DNA of 64,000 nt, taken from positions 940,901-1,004,900 of the forward strand of contig CM082593.2 of the NCBI GenBank assembly GCA_040954595.2, given 5' to 3'. Position 1 is the stretch's first letter. Each line of letters starts with the position of its first letter. The position numbers and the translations under genes were made by a program. This document shows positions 1 through 13,001 of the stretch, in pieces. The DNA is from Balanoglossus misakiensis. Its lineage: Eukaryota > Animalia > Hemichordata. The notes beneath the pieces were generated by a model. The model searched no databases. It had not been told where the DNA came from and saw only the letters and a list, made by a program, of their open reading frames with translations.

Positions 1-210
1 ATAGCGATCATTCAACCATCCGTACGTAAACAATAGCAAGGGATGCGATGGAGTCATTGGAGAACGATTGATGGATTCGCGCACTTGACGGTAACTTTAA
101 AACTACTCATCTCCTTCGACGGTCCCATGTTTTCACTGCCAATCTTTGCGAACATTAAGCGTTATATCTTTCACAGTATCTTTTGTCAGAGGTCTGTTCC
201 ATCAACTTAC

Positions 211-248
211 CTGTACGAATTAACGTGTGAAGCGTACTTGTCGGCCAT
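211..248 (-). CDS. Probable first coding exon (MADKYASHVNSY...) of an unidentified gene running off the left edge
   Basis: The minus strand reads CAAAATGGCCG (YY1-like start context) with ATG at 248, 12 codons plus 2 nt, then a consensus donor CAG|GTAAGT at 210. The surrounding sequence is CpG-rich. The product cannot be identified. Confidence 0.45.
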
Positions 249-546
249 TTTGGATGAAGATAAACTGCTCTGGGAGACTAGAATTAACAGAGCATCACTT
301 CGTCAGTTTTCGGCGTGAAGTTAGAGACCCGTTAGCTCTACTTAGAGCTGTTTCAACGTCTGAAAATCTTTAATGGCTCGAACAAGATCTACTCCGAAGG
401 GAAATTAATGTAGACGTCGATATTTACGTTTATTAGGAGAACCCAGTTCGCCGCGACATATGCGCCCTCAACGGACTAAAACAGAATCTGGGATCTCATT
501 TTTAGTTTTACAACCTTTCGACGCAAAAGAAGAAATCCAAAGAAAA

Positions 547-2592
547 TTAAAGCTGCAAGCAGCGTTGAAGGGGCCCAAGCATAGTGTGAATAACCATTAG
601 ACTCCATTCAGTGTTGTACAATTCAAATGCGTAGACTGTATTTGCTCTCGATGTTGAGATATTGGGAAGTAGCCAACCACCCGAAATGCATGTCCTACAA
701 GTACAAACACAACAACCAAAGGTGAACTTCTACGTTGTAAGTACTTCAGTAAGTACATCAAAGGTCAGCTGAGGTACCCAAAATTGGGACAAAAATTAGG
801 ATTCTCTTTTGGTTCATATTCAAGACAACGGAAAATCCCCGCCCTTTGGGTTTGTCAAATTAGATATGGCCATAATAATGAGTTACGCAAGTAAGTTACA
901 GGTGGCCCCAGGAATTTAGCATTTCATGACACAGAGGGTCCTACCCTACCCCTCCAAACACCTGGCTATATATGATGTGCATGCTAACATATGGAAAGCA
1001 GGTCAATGGACACCTGACGTCACCCAAAAATTTGACAATAAATTGTCATTCCTGTTTATGTCATGTGCAACAAATCATGCATCTGCAGCCCTTCCACTTT
1101 GCCTACCATTAGGTATACATGTAATACATGAATCAAGCAGGTGTCACAGGTATCCCCTTGTATTTGGCATTTCATGATAATTTCATCCCTCCAAATACCA
1201 AAGCTGCACCTGTACAACGTGCTGAGATGTGGCACTGTACGACAGAGGTCATCCAAATCACCTTATACGTTTGGGCAAAAATCAACTGACACACATTCGT
1301 CCCTGTGGAACAAAAACCACACATATCGCCCCGTTGGTTAGTGTAAAATTAAATGTACAAAATCAATGACTTTGGCAGGTGCAACAGGTGACCCCGCCTT
1401 TGGTATACCATTATGGTCCTATCCGTATATCCCCCCACTCCAAACCTGCATGCATCTGCTTTTATTCACTAAGCAAAAGCAGGTGAAATGTCACATAAGG
1501 TCGCCCACAACTTGACAGGAAAATCGGACTTCATATTGATCCATGTGCAACAAAAATCACGCTAGCATCCCTTTCATTGACCCCACAATTACGCATGCAC
1601 ATAATTGAGTTACGCAGGTGACCCCCGAAACGGGCGTATTATTTTGGTCCCATACAGCTGCATGAACCTACGTGCCATTACGGGCGACCTGATAACCCCC
1701 ACGGCCACCTGCGAGCCGACCCCCATACTGAACATCCAGTTGCAATGTCTTGACTGAAGTAGGAACTTTTGAACGGCAACGAAGCCTGATCTCTGATTAT
1801 TGCTGGTACCATACTCCCTTCGTGCAAGAAAATCACTGGTCTGCTTACGTATTCGGCCGATTTCCCGAACTAATACCCACTACATGTGACTACCATGCTA
1901 ATGAAACCTGACTCGCCCATTAGCGACTGAGGGTCAAAGTCCACTGCCGCAATGTTAACCAGTGTAGCCGGGTCTGGATAGAAACATTTGAACGGCAACA
2001 GCTAACAAACTCAGCGTACTTCAATAAAACGCCCTAACACAGACTGAACTCTGATAATGTGTTGTCCCAAAATTCATTCCGTGGAAAATAATCACTGGTC
2101 TGTTTACGTATTTCAGCCGATTTTCCAACGAAGTGTGTACCCTGCTAATGAGACCTCCGCAGGATTACGTAATGACAGTGAAAGTCCGATACCCAAGTGT
2201 TCGTCCTCAGCCCACCAAAAAATGCGAAAAATATTACAAAAATCTTCTTCTCAAAATCGACTTGGCCTAGGACCTTGAAATTTGGCACAGGCGATTTTGG
2301 CCACATAGTCTACAAAAATCGCGAAAAGAATGTACATGCCCCCATTAACGTGCACATTAGGTCAATTTGAAAATTTCGCTCGATTACAGACACAAAGTCA
2401 CGTGACTAATTACAAATTCAAAGGGCAGGTGCACTAGTACTCATGGGCCCCAACCACCGTGCAAAATTTGGTAGGCGCAGCTGCCGGAATTTCAGAGAAA
2501 AACGGGCGCAAAAAAACGACTCAAGAAGAAAGAAGAAAAACTCCAGCAATAACAGAAGGGGACCAAGCGCCTGAGGGCGCTTGGTCCCCTAA
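547..2592 (+). mobile_element. Non-autonomous Helentron/HINE-like (rolling-circle) element
   Basis: The left end TTAAAGCTGCAAGCAGCGTT carries subterminal motif GAAGGGGCCCAAGC (567-580). The right end has an AAG-rich tract, then a perfect 15-bp hairpin AGGGGACCAAGCGCC-TGAG-GGCGCTTGGTCCCCT (2557-2590) whose arms match the left motif with 1 mismatch. Degenerate internal subrepeats of ~240 bp (about 770-1640) and ~220 bp (about 1769-2150). No coding capacity. Confidence 0.6.
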
Positions 2593-2907
2593 CAAATGAA
2601 GAACAGTTTCTTTTCATCCATTCAATAATCTGAAATTAGTAAAATTAGGGACTACTCAATTTATTCAGCAGGAGGAGAAGGTCAATTTGCTTTTGTGCAC
2701 GTCAAAACATTCGCAGATCCTGGCCCTAAGTAAGCATACCAATGACACACATACAGAACAAAGTAATTTCTCTTTCGGTGTTTATTGAACGTTACTCTAT
2801 TAATCTAACCAATCATTTGCTACAGTACAACCACCAGTAACTTCGGATGAAATTGAGAATGAAAGCAAATTATTTATCGTGACATCAGCACTTGTAAACC
2901 AGTCCAG

Positions 2908-5900
2908 TTAAATCTGGGGGCGTGGTCCACAATCAGTACAATCGGTGCCGTAGTCGCAATATGAATAATCCGAGTTAGGACCACCATCGTCACAGTCGAC
3001 ATCGCCAGAATATACGCATGTATCGGTACACAAAGAACTCGCTTAAGGGGGAAAAAGAAAGAAAAGCTTAAGAAGACACCCCGACACTTTCCACAGCAAG
3101 GGCCAAAGTCTCTCCGTTACTCGGAGTACTATTATAAATTAACCTGAAAACACCCCGATATTTTTCAATAAAAAAGAACTCATTATTTGATAAGTTGACT
3201 TACGGGGTTCGGTGTCTTCGCCGGAAGAGGGAATGCGCAAAAGCAAGTTGGGGGTTTCCTGGCGAAAATTGTCGGGTATCCTGGTCATATCAATTGCACC
3301 TGGAGTAGCAGCTGCCAAAAGCTTTTCTTTTACTTGAGTTGGCGTTAAAGTCGGTTCCTTTCCCAGTATCAATGCAGCCACACCTGGAAGATCATATAAT
3401 ATATTGGTGAGTAGGTCTTTGTGTAGTTGGTGTCCGGGCCACATACTCTGAGATGAGTCCTAGAGTTTATCAATAGAAATGAGGACAGACTGTGGATAGT
3501 TCAACCATCGACAGAACTGTTCTACAAAGAATCTTAATTGATGGAAATCAACAAAGGCAGGTACATGATTCTCTCTGGTCTTACCTGATACGTGAGGGGT
3601 TGCCATAGATGTCCCTGACAACTCTTTAAAAGCGTTATCATCACTATAGTCAGCACTCAGCACGTCTGATCCCGGAGCGAGAATGTCAACAGTTCCACCA
3701 TAGTTGGAGTACCAAGCAAACGTATCCCCAGAATCAGTAGCTCCGACCGCTATTGCCTGCAGTATATTACCATATTCGATTAGTGCAGTCTGCCCAGAGG
3801 AATAATTGAACTCTTTTTGGAAAAAAAAACGACCCAAAGCCCCGATGTAGCATATCGTGACCGGTGGACTCGCTTGTTCAGCATGTATTTGACAACGTGA
3901 AATGTCCTTTTTATTACTCACTCAATCAGAACAAAATATTCTTACCTCTGGAGCGGAAGCAGGCGACTCATTGGCGGAGTCGCGACGGTCGTTTCCGGCA
4001 GCTGCCACTGCGACGTAACCTGCCTCAACCAGTTTTTTCACCGCTAAATTCTCCATTTCCGATTTAGAGCCTCCGTATGACATCGACACAACACCAGGTT
4101 TTATTCCAGAGGTAGCAATAGCTTCCATAACTACGAAATGATTGTATTGTATTGTATTGTATTGTATTGTATTGTATTGTATTGTATTGTATTGTATTGT
4201 ATTGTATTGTATTGTATTGTATTGTATTGTATTGTATTGTATTGTATTGTATTGTATTGTATTGTATTGTATTGTATCATGAAATTGCTAGCTTTCTAAC
4301 AAATTGTTATATTTCACGTCCATTTGGGTACCCTTGTTTGTATCGTGTATCGTAAAAGATTCGAAATTTGTGGTCATCTTATTGTGGCAACACTTGCTGT
4401 TATTGTTATTGTCAACGAAATACACACCTTTGATACTACCACTTATAGTTCCACCCCCAGCGCAGTTCAATAGACGACATGAATATAAGGTGACACCAGG
4501 AGCTACACCAACTGTTTTTCCGCCAATAGTGCCAGCACAGTGAGTGCCGTGTCCTTCGCAGTCGTTGCCCTAAAACAGACAATATATATAACTGTCCACA
4601 TGCCACATCGGCAACGAAATCTGGTTTCTTTATCGTTGCGTTTACAGTCAGACAAACGTTACGAAGCGGTCATCTGCCAAATTAATGCATCGCTGTAATT
4701 CACTGGATTTGAGAGAATGTTGCCATTGTACCTTTATTCGAGCCCCAAACCACCGAGAACAATTGTACGTTTAAAATTATATACAATAAACCTCACGAAA
4801 AAGTATAGTGGACGTGTACTTCGTGTAATTTTAATTGATTTGACTTACATTTTGTCCGTCATGAAACACATCAATGAACTCTTTCGCTCTACCTTCAAAC
4901 TCATTATGATGATAGGAAATTCCAGTGTCCGCAACGAAGACGTTAACACCGCTGCCATTACCTAGTGTAAACATTCAGGATTATGCATTAGCACATGTAT
5001 TTTAATGTTCTCAATATGGCTACCAACTACTTGTTACTTCAGAGAGAGAGAGAGAGAGGGAGGAGGAGAGAATATCCAAAGTGGCATACATGATTATTCA
5101 AAGTAATACATGTATACTGTAACAATGTTTAGAAATCTGCACTTACCAAGAGATGAGTTGTATGCGTTATCTAAGGGGAGTCTCACTTGATCAATCCTGT
5201 CCAATCCCCATGGAACATTTAAGATGTGTATTTTTGTGTCTTCTTCTACAAAGTCCACTTCATCAAGCCATCGTATCTGTTGGAAACAATATCATCATTA
5301 AATTCAAGACTTCTATTAGTATCATATCTAAAAGAATTTCATATAATTTTGCCATACAGATGGTACAAGATGTTGTCAAGTGACATCTGATGGCGCTCTA
5401 ACCGTTTGTTTCAACAGCCAGTCTGTCAAAGTGTAACTCTCACCCGAAACACTGAGATCTATCTGCTAAATTGGTGTGGAAGACTGTTAATGTAAGAGTG
5501 AGCGTACAACCCATCTCAGTTTATACTTGCTAACTACACACGTACAATTTCAATGGCATCTCCAGGTATTCGAGCAGTGAAACCTTTCATGAGTTTCTTG
5601 ATTTCGTCATGAAAATCCACATGGAATCCCTTCTCTTCGCATAATTGCTGAAACTTTTCTTCGACAGCTGCCAACTCCTCATCGGTGAGATCGTCCTAAA
5701 AGTAGAAGGAATGTAGGAACGACTTAAAGCTTTTTTTCTTATTGAAGAACATTTTCCTCATTTATGTCAACATCTGTTTCGTCTAACGCAGGACAGATAC
5801 TAGTAGGTATAATGCAAACCAGCCATATTATATCAGGGCGTGTGCTTACCCGTAGCTTCACCAGGTATTCTTCTTCAACACGTTCGTCTGGATTTTCAGC

Positions 5901-6056
5901 ATGAATTATGGGCGCTTGTTCTTCTCGTTTGACAAAATGTGGTCGAAATTCTCGAGCTTGTCGCCCATGACCTGGCTTTTTCTTCAGTTCAGCAGCTTCT
6001 ATGACGCACACGGCAAAAATGCACAAAACCACGCAGTGGAACTGCATTCTGAACAT
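2908..6056 (-). CDS. Secreted subtilisin-like serine protease (S8A, proteinase K/aqualysin type) with I9-like prodomain and C-terminal Cys-rich module, ~470 aa, 9 exons
   Basis: Phase-consistent GT-AG exons: 6056-5850, 5695-5546, 5276-5147, 4961-4849, 4569-4428, 4130-3946, 3756-3585, 3383-3204, 3041-2908. Signal peptide; VPWGLDRIDQ at the mature start; catalytic motifs VADTG, HGTHCAG, AAGN, GTSMATPHV. An alternative ATG lies at 6047. AATAAA on the minus strand near 2781-2786. Confidence 0.93.
4140..4277. repeat. (ATTGT)n pentanucleotide microsatellite, ~27 units, in protease intron 5
   Basis: Directly visible; it ends about 10 nt from the acceptor at 4131. Confidence 0.97.
5041..5070. repeat. 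(AG)n/purine microsatellite in protease intron 3
   Basis: agagagagagagagagagggaggaggagag. Confidence 0.85.
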
Positions 6057-6534
6057 ACCACTTGTTTCGGGTTTCTGCAAAACAAAAATGGTAGTCTTCA
6101 AAGTGTGGTTATGTCTATACCATGAACGTCGTCATTCTTTATCATGAAATAGCATAACAATTCCAAGGACACATTCAAAAATTGTACGGTGCTCAAACAC
6201 GCAGTACGAAGGGTATCCTTACAGTTAAACGATGAACTGACTACTGAAATTGCAGCAGGTACAAGACTTACCTGTTTCAAGAGACTCGACGTCAGTGACT
6301 GGTGCTTTTGCCTGGAGTATTCGGTTCTCTTATATGCCTTTTCGAACATGGATGCTTTTTCAGCGAAGACAAATAACACCATATAAAATGTCTTTTCTTC
6401 ATTGATTCGTTCTTCTTTTTATCACGGAGTTGATATCAAATGTACCCCTTCTGTTTGTTTGCTTTTTTATATTCACCCTGTCGGGTTTCATACAAACAAT
6501 ATATGACTATTTCTTTTATTTCTACTTTTAACAT

Positions 6535-6910
6535 TAACAATTTCATCAAACGTTATTTTTATTCTGTCAATTGTTGTATCTGTAGGCTTCACTGGTACAG
6601 CATATCGAGTTAAAGTTTTCCAAACAATAAATATGCCTCCATCAAAACCAGATTAGATTACCTTTGTAACACTCTTTGCTTGGTATCTCTGGTATTTCAT
6701 CTGCATGTACTATCATGAGCAACAACTTCATCAAAAGTTTTTTATTTTACATTTTGCCAATTGTTGTTTCTGTTGGCTTCACTGGTACAGCATATGGTGT
6801 TAAAGTTTTCCGAACAATGAATATGCCCCCATCAAAACCAGATTAGATTACCTGCATAACATTCATTCGTTCATATATGTAAGTGTCTCAAATCTACATG
6901 TAATATCATA
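6535..6910. repeat. Imperfect tandem duplication, period ~190 bp, in the protease/ceramidase intergenic region
   Basis: GGCTTCACTGGTACAGCATAT...GTTAAAGTTTTCC...CCATCAAAACCAGATTAGATTACCT occurs at about 6585-6663 and again at about 6775-6853. Confidence 0.88.
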
Positions 6911-7012
6911 AGAGACAAAGCAGTAAAAATTCTTGGGTATAGTATCTCTTTATAATTACGTGAGTATGATTTGCTCACGCCCACTGCACTTGCGTTCGGT
7001 ATTAGGGGCCCG

Positions 7013-7061
7013 TAGTCTGGTCCCCTACCCAATCCCACCGCTGGGGCAGGGGACCAGACTA
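7013..7061. repeat. Miniature inverted-repeat hairpin (14-bp arms TAGTCTGGTCCCCT / AGGGGACCAGACTA), MITE-like remnant
   Basis: Perfect 14-bp inverted repeat with a 21-nt spacer and TA at both ends. Confidence 0.65.
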
Positions 7062-7094
7062 AGGGACCCGCTCTAGCTCTTTGCAGTGTTAATC

Positions 7095-7300
7095 AGGTCA
7101 CGTCACTCGACGCTCATAGTATCGGGAGGGAGAGAGAAATCCCCTTTTCACTCCACGTTTCTTCAGGTAACTTAATTTCACTCGACGGAACCCCAGGGAC
7201 AGGGCCCCAATGACATGCCCCTATTGGTTTTGCCTGAATGTGAACTTTGACCTTCTGATGTCACGTGAGTGTATCACCTGATAATTGTAAACAACATCTA
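7095..7300 (+). promoter_or_regulatory. Proximal promoter of the ceramidase gene, with DR1, E-box, GATA and Fox motifs
   Basis: TGAACTTTGACCT (reverse strand AGGTCA-A-AGTTCA, DR1) at 7241-7253; GTCACGTGA at 7260-7268; TGATAA at ~7280; TGTAAACA at 7286-7293; ATTGG at ~7223; GGTCACGTCA at ~7096. Motif matches only. Confidence 0.5.
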
Positions 7301-7317
7301 TCAGTATCACATGGTGG

Positions 7318-10300
7318 ATGATGGCGACCACATCGCTTGTACGTCTGCTGGTGCTGTTTTCAGTATGTATTACCGTGATGTGTCGACCAGAAACAAACTC
7401 TGATAGCCAGTCTGGAAGCTTCTACATCGGGGTTGGTATTGCTGACATTACAGGGCCAGCCGCTGATGTGAACATGGTGAGTGAGTTCGTGATCGACCAG
7501 ATACTTGTACGACGGTACGGTATATGATACAAGGGGCGTCGCCAATCATGCCAATGATTCCTGTGATCAGTGGCCCAGATACCACTCTCCCTTGCGCCTC
7601 GACTGTTTGTGTAAAGGAATGTGTGCCTCATGTCAGAGTCTCTCTTTGACAGAGGGATGTGCTTGAATCACAGAAAGTGGGCGTTGTCACTTTAAATACT
7701 ACCAACGCACAACTTGCACAAGGATTTCAGACCAATTGTGTGTCGATAGTTGATTTTGATAATCATGTTTCATCTGGATTTTAGATGGGCTATGCCGACC
7801 CCTCGCAGGTGTCTGGTGGTATCCATCTCAAGCAGTTCAGCAGAGCTTTCATCATCGCTGATATTAATGACCGTGACAGGAGGGTACTCTTCATCAGTGC
7901 AGATAACTGTATGGGTTCTCAGCTGGTCAAACTTGAGGTGAGTCAATTTACATACACCAAAATGTAACTATAATGCAGGCAGGCTTCCAGACCCCCAAAC
8001 CCCTCTATTCCCCCAACACCTACCTCTTTCTGTGATGGGTTTGCCCTCAATGCGTTCATTTCCTCATCATTTAAAATGACAGAGCTGAAACAAAGAGTAA
8101 GATATCAATTGAGTCAGTAATGATTTAATAACTTGATCATCAACTACACTTTCAGGTGCTGAACCGACTAAAGAAACTATATGGTGACATGTACACAGAG
8201 AAAAACCTGTGCCTCAGTGGAACCCACACTCATTCAGGACCTGGTGGATTTCAACAGTTTGTGCTTTTCGATATCACATCACTCGGTTTTGTCTATCAAA
8301 ACTTTGAAGCAATTGTACAAGGCATCGTTAAGGTTGGTATTAATTTATACAATTAATGGAAATAATGAACGTTCAGATTACAGCCTAATCAATCTAATGA
8401 CCTTAAGATTGTTGCTGGTACTCCTTGATTATTGAAATAAAAATACTTTTAGAAGTTAAAAAAGAGCTGGTTTGCGGTCACAGAATCACTGGTTAATTAA
8501 ATTGTGGGCGTTTCCCCATACTTGGGCTGCAGTAAAAAGTCAAGGACCCATTTGTGCCTGTTTACGATGTACTCTCACTGATTCAACTGAGCAAGACAAT
8601 GCTGGCAACAAGCCAAGCTATAGTAAATTGGCCTGACCGATATTCAGGTCAACTGAAAAGGCAGTCACGAAGAGTCAGGAATTGTGATAATCCTCTACTG
8701 TACTGCACATGGTTTTACTAATATACATGTACTCATTTTGCCACGGTTATTAAATCATGAAAATGACAACAGAAGTATACCGAGTTTTATAGTAATTTTA
8801 GTATGCGGAGAGACAATTCTTATCATGCGAACACAATTTATTTGTGCTTTTCAGAGTGTACAGCAAGCCCACGCTAATTTCAAACCTGGAAATATTTTTA
8901 TGAATGGAGGTGAATTACTTGATGCCAATATCAACAGAAGTCCAACTGCTTATGCAAACAATCCAGCTGAAGAAAGGCAAAGGTTAGTGGTAACATTTAT
9001 CGGTGGCCAATAAAATGCTTTATCCTTTAAACCAAGCCAAGTCAAGACCTTTGCTCTGGCTATCCTCAATCATTTTGAACAAAATTTGGTTGAAAGTCCA
9101 GATCTTTCAAAGAAGTATCTCTTACTTGTTTCACTTCAAGTTCTTGCTGCTTTGTCTCATGTCGTGTGAAGTATCCACCGGTCATAAGTCTTTTCTCATT
9201 TCAGGTACAAGTACAATGTTGACAAGACAATGTTGCTGTTGAAGTTTGTAGATTCTGAGGGTAAAGACATGGGTATGATTAAGTAAGTTTGTATTGTATG
9301 TCGACATCTCAAAGTCAGCTTTAACTAAACAGTAATGAGACTCGATGGAAACTGGTGGCAATGATTGTGTTGGCACATAAACAAATATAACAATTAGACA
9401 AGCTTTTAACCAATGAAAGTTAACCAATAGTGAACTTTACGTGTATATCATAGAACGAATCTGTTGTCTTTTTGTTTTGCAGTTGGTTTGCAGTACATTG
9501 TACAAGTATGAACAACACAAACAAACTAATCAGCAGTGACAACAAGGGATATGCTTCTTACCTGTTTGAACAGAAAATGAATGGTGGAGCTCGACCTGGA
9601 CAGGTGAGAAAAACCAGATGGGTATAATCTTAACTGCCTCTATCTTGTAGTAATGGGTTTACCAATTTTGGAATGTAATGTCAAAGATCATCTTGTCCTT
9701 TTTTCAACATTTCATTTTCAGGGTTCATTTGTGGCAGCATTTGCTCAGAGTAATGAAGGGGACGTGTCACCAAATACAAAAGGACCACACTGTCTGGACT
9801 CTGGACTGCCTTGTGATAATGATACGAGTACATGCAATGGAAAGGCAAGTGTAGAATGATCACATTAAGTGTGGACAAAGACAGGATAGTTGATTGGTGA
9901 TGAGGTCGTTAACATGGAGTACCATCTAACTGTTTATCAAATGAGATAAGGACGTCTAATATTGCTTCTTGACCTCACTGGTTTCAGAGGTAGAGCAACA
10001 TAGCCTGTTCAGTAACACCATGTACATGCATGTACCAACAGAAACAAGTCTTTCTGACTGTGACCATAAAACATTTACATGGCATACTGTCCATATGATA
10101 TAAAAAGGGAAATGGTTATTTTAATGCTTCTAATTGTGAATGATTTATTTGACTTCAGAATGAACTGTGTGTAGCTTTCGGACCAGGAAAGGATATGATG
10201 GAAAGTACTGAAATAATTGGAAGGAAACAATATGAATTGGCAATGGTGAGTATTCACAACGTCAAAAGGCTCAGCAGAAATACATTGTTGAGTAGATTAG

Positions 10301-13001
10301 CTTTGGGTTGATTTCAGATTGTTTCTGTGATTTAAATTCATGATTTGTAATAACTCTAAGTCATGTCTGTTGTCTTTCAGGAATTGTATGACAGTGCACA
10401 AATGCCAGTGAATGGACAAGTCAACTATATTCACCAGTATGTCAATATGAGTGACTATACTGTGTATCTTGATAATGAAACGAAGGTGAATAATTGTTTC
10501 TTGCCGTACAGACTTCTTAAATACAACTGTTTTCATACAACATCAGTTACATAACATTGTGTCAAAAGTCTGTTGTTTGACCGAATGTTTTTTAAAACTT
10601 AGGTCAAAACCTGTAAGCCATCAATGGGATATTCATTTGCTGCTGGTACCACAGATGGACCTGGAGCTTTCGACTTTTCACAAGGTTTGTATGTGATGAT
10701 AGATTTTGTATAACTCAGTACATACATGTATGCATGTTGGGAATTCATGTTGAACGCAAATTATTGACGTCTGAGCACCACCTAGCTATACTGCATTGTT
10801 TGACTACAGTGGGGGCAATTTTTTTCGTCAGAAGTTTTGTTTCGTAACGTACATGTCTTGTTTGATTTCTCCAAATAAATTATTATTGCAGGTTCAACTG
10901 GTGGTTCTTTATTCTGGGATGCTGTAAGAGATTTGATCCATGAACCATCTGCAGAACTTATTGAGTGTCAGAAACCCAAACCAATCCTGCTACCAACTGG
11001 AGAGGTAAGTGCTCATAAAAAAGTATATTCCTCAAAACTCTGTTAACATGCATGTATACTTTCACAGTTGCTGTCGTGAAGATTTTAGTTATTAGAAAGT
11101 GATTTTTGTCACGTGATATCACATGTATCACATGTCATATAATTGTCTTATTCAACCTGGCTTTTCAGCTCAAGAAACCATATCCCTGGCATCCAGATAT
11201 TGTAGACACACAAATATTACAAATTGGTTATTTGGGAATCATTGCAGTACCAGGGGAATTCAGGTAAAGTGCTGCCAGATTACCATATATGGTAATGGTA
11301 GAGACTTTAGAGTGTTTACCATATTTGGTGACAATAGAGACTTTGGAAGCAACATTTCGCAATGATTTCCACTAAAATACATCAATAAACATTGGTTCAA
11401 TAATTTTTTTCCCTGCTCAGCACAATGTCTGGAAGACGCTTAAGGGATACTGTTAGTGATGTAAGTTTGAGTTATTTATAAATTATTGAAATTACTACTG
11501 GGTCAATATTCTATATTCTTAAATATTCTGTTAATACATAATGTTGTTGCTTTCATTTCAGACACTGATTACATATGGCTGGCCAGATCTGACTACAGTT
11601 GTCATTGCTGGTTTATCAAATGTCTACACTCATTACATCACAACATTTGAAGAATATCAAGTAAGTATGCTTGCATGCATGTACCATATGACTGAAACTA
11701 ATTCTCATATCACACTCAAATAACCACATATCAAATGATGACAAGAGTTCTGTGAGGAAAAGGTGATGTTAACATTTTTGCTTCATTGTTAGGTTCAACG
11801 ATATGAAGGAGCATCAACTATCTATGGACCTCACACATTACAAGCATACATCCAACAGTATAATAGTATTGCAGAGTCTTTGGCTAAGGTATTGTCATCT
11901 ATTTTGCAGGAGAAATTAATGAATAATTATTTGGCCGTCAGTGACAGGGATGTCTTTTCTTGAAATTGGGATAAACATTCATGGCAGTCAACAACACTGA
12001 CTTACAGGAACCATCAACCATTCTAGTAAACTAATCAAAGTGACAATATTGAATCGTGAACTTTTAGGCTGAATTTTTGATGTCATTTGTGTTGGAGATG
12101 AGTTTTTCTGTGGATTTTGTCATTTCAGAAAAAGTCGGTAGAGCCTGGTCCATCGCCTCCATTTCTACTGGACGAACAAATCTCTCTTCTTCCTCCTGTG
12201 ATATTTGACAGGGCTCCATTGGGTCACAAGATGGGAGATGTCATCATTGATGTCAAACCAAAGTACACTCTGGTAAGATACTGTTAATGTTCAGCATAAG
12301 TTATATCTAGCAGATGCCGTTTCTTGCACTTCGATTCTAACACAATGTGGCCTTTCATTTCAGAATTCAACTGTGATGGTGTCATTCGTAACGGCTAATC
12401 CAAGAAACTCTCCAAATGTAAGTTTATGATTCCTTTCCTCTTGAAACTAATCAGGGTCAGAACAAGAAATTGTTTAGTTAGTCATGACCATGGTTTTTAA
12501 AAAGTATGCGGGATCTGTCTACTTTACTTTCATGTCTTGGGATGTATCAATCTGGTTTGTGTTCAGATGTCAGAAATTGGAGTGATGTTTGATATGTTTT
12601 CTTCATTTCAGCTGGAAGAACCATTCCTGAGTGTGGACTTTAAAGACAAGGATGGAAAATGGAAACAAGTGTACAACGATGCTGATTGGTGTACTAGGTA
12701 TGTCAATACTTGTCAAAATGTCTGTGTCGAGGATTGGCACAGAGCACAATTCCATATGTGATAACATACATGTATATCCCACACGTCACTAAAGTATGCC
12801 TTCATTTAATCTTCTAATAGGTTCAAGTGGGATCGTACTCATCTGTTACGAGGCGAAAGCCAAGCCAACATTTATTGGGAAATCCCAGCCAGTGTACAAC
12901 CAGGCACCTACCGTATCCAGCATTTCGGCTACAGCAAACACATCTCAGGGACAATCAACCACTTTGTTGGGACCTCGTCCAGTTTTGAAGTAACCAAATA
13001 A
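7318..13001 (+). CDS. ASAH2: Neutral (alkaline) ceramidase, ~706 aa, 19 exons; signal peptide and no vertebrate-type mucin box
   Basis: Exons 7318-7476, 7785-7937, 8156-8332, 8855-8982, 9205-9282, 9483-9603, 9722-9844, 10159-10245, 10381-10485, 10603-10684, 10892-11004, 11169-11263, 11421-11460, 11562-11660, 11793-11888, 12129-12272, 12364-12417, 12612-12697, 12821-13001; phases agree, total 2121 nt. Family motifs: IGVGIADITGP, MMGYA, SGTHTHSGPGG, NRSPTAY, WFAVHCTSMNN, GDVSPN, AAGTTDGPG, PGEFSTMSGRRLR, QRYEGASTIYGPHTL. Confidence 0.96.

Noticed and set aside
4152-4355. ORF with (YCIVL)n
   Set aside because: Translation of the intronic (ATTGT)n microsatellite.
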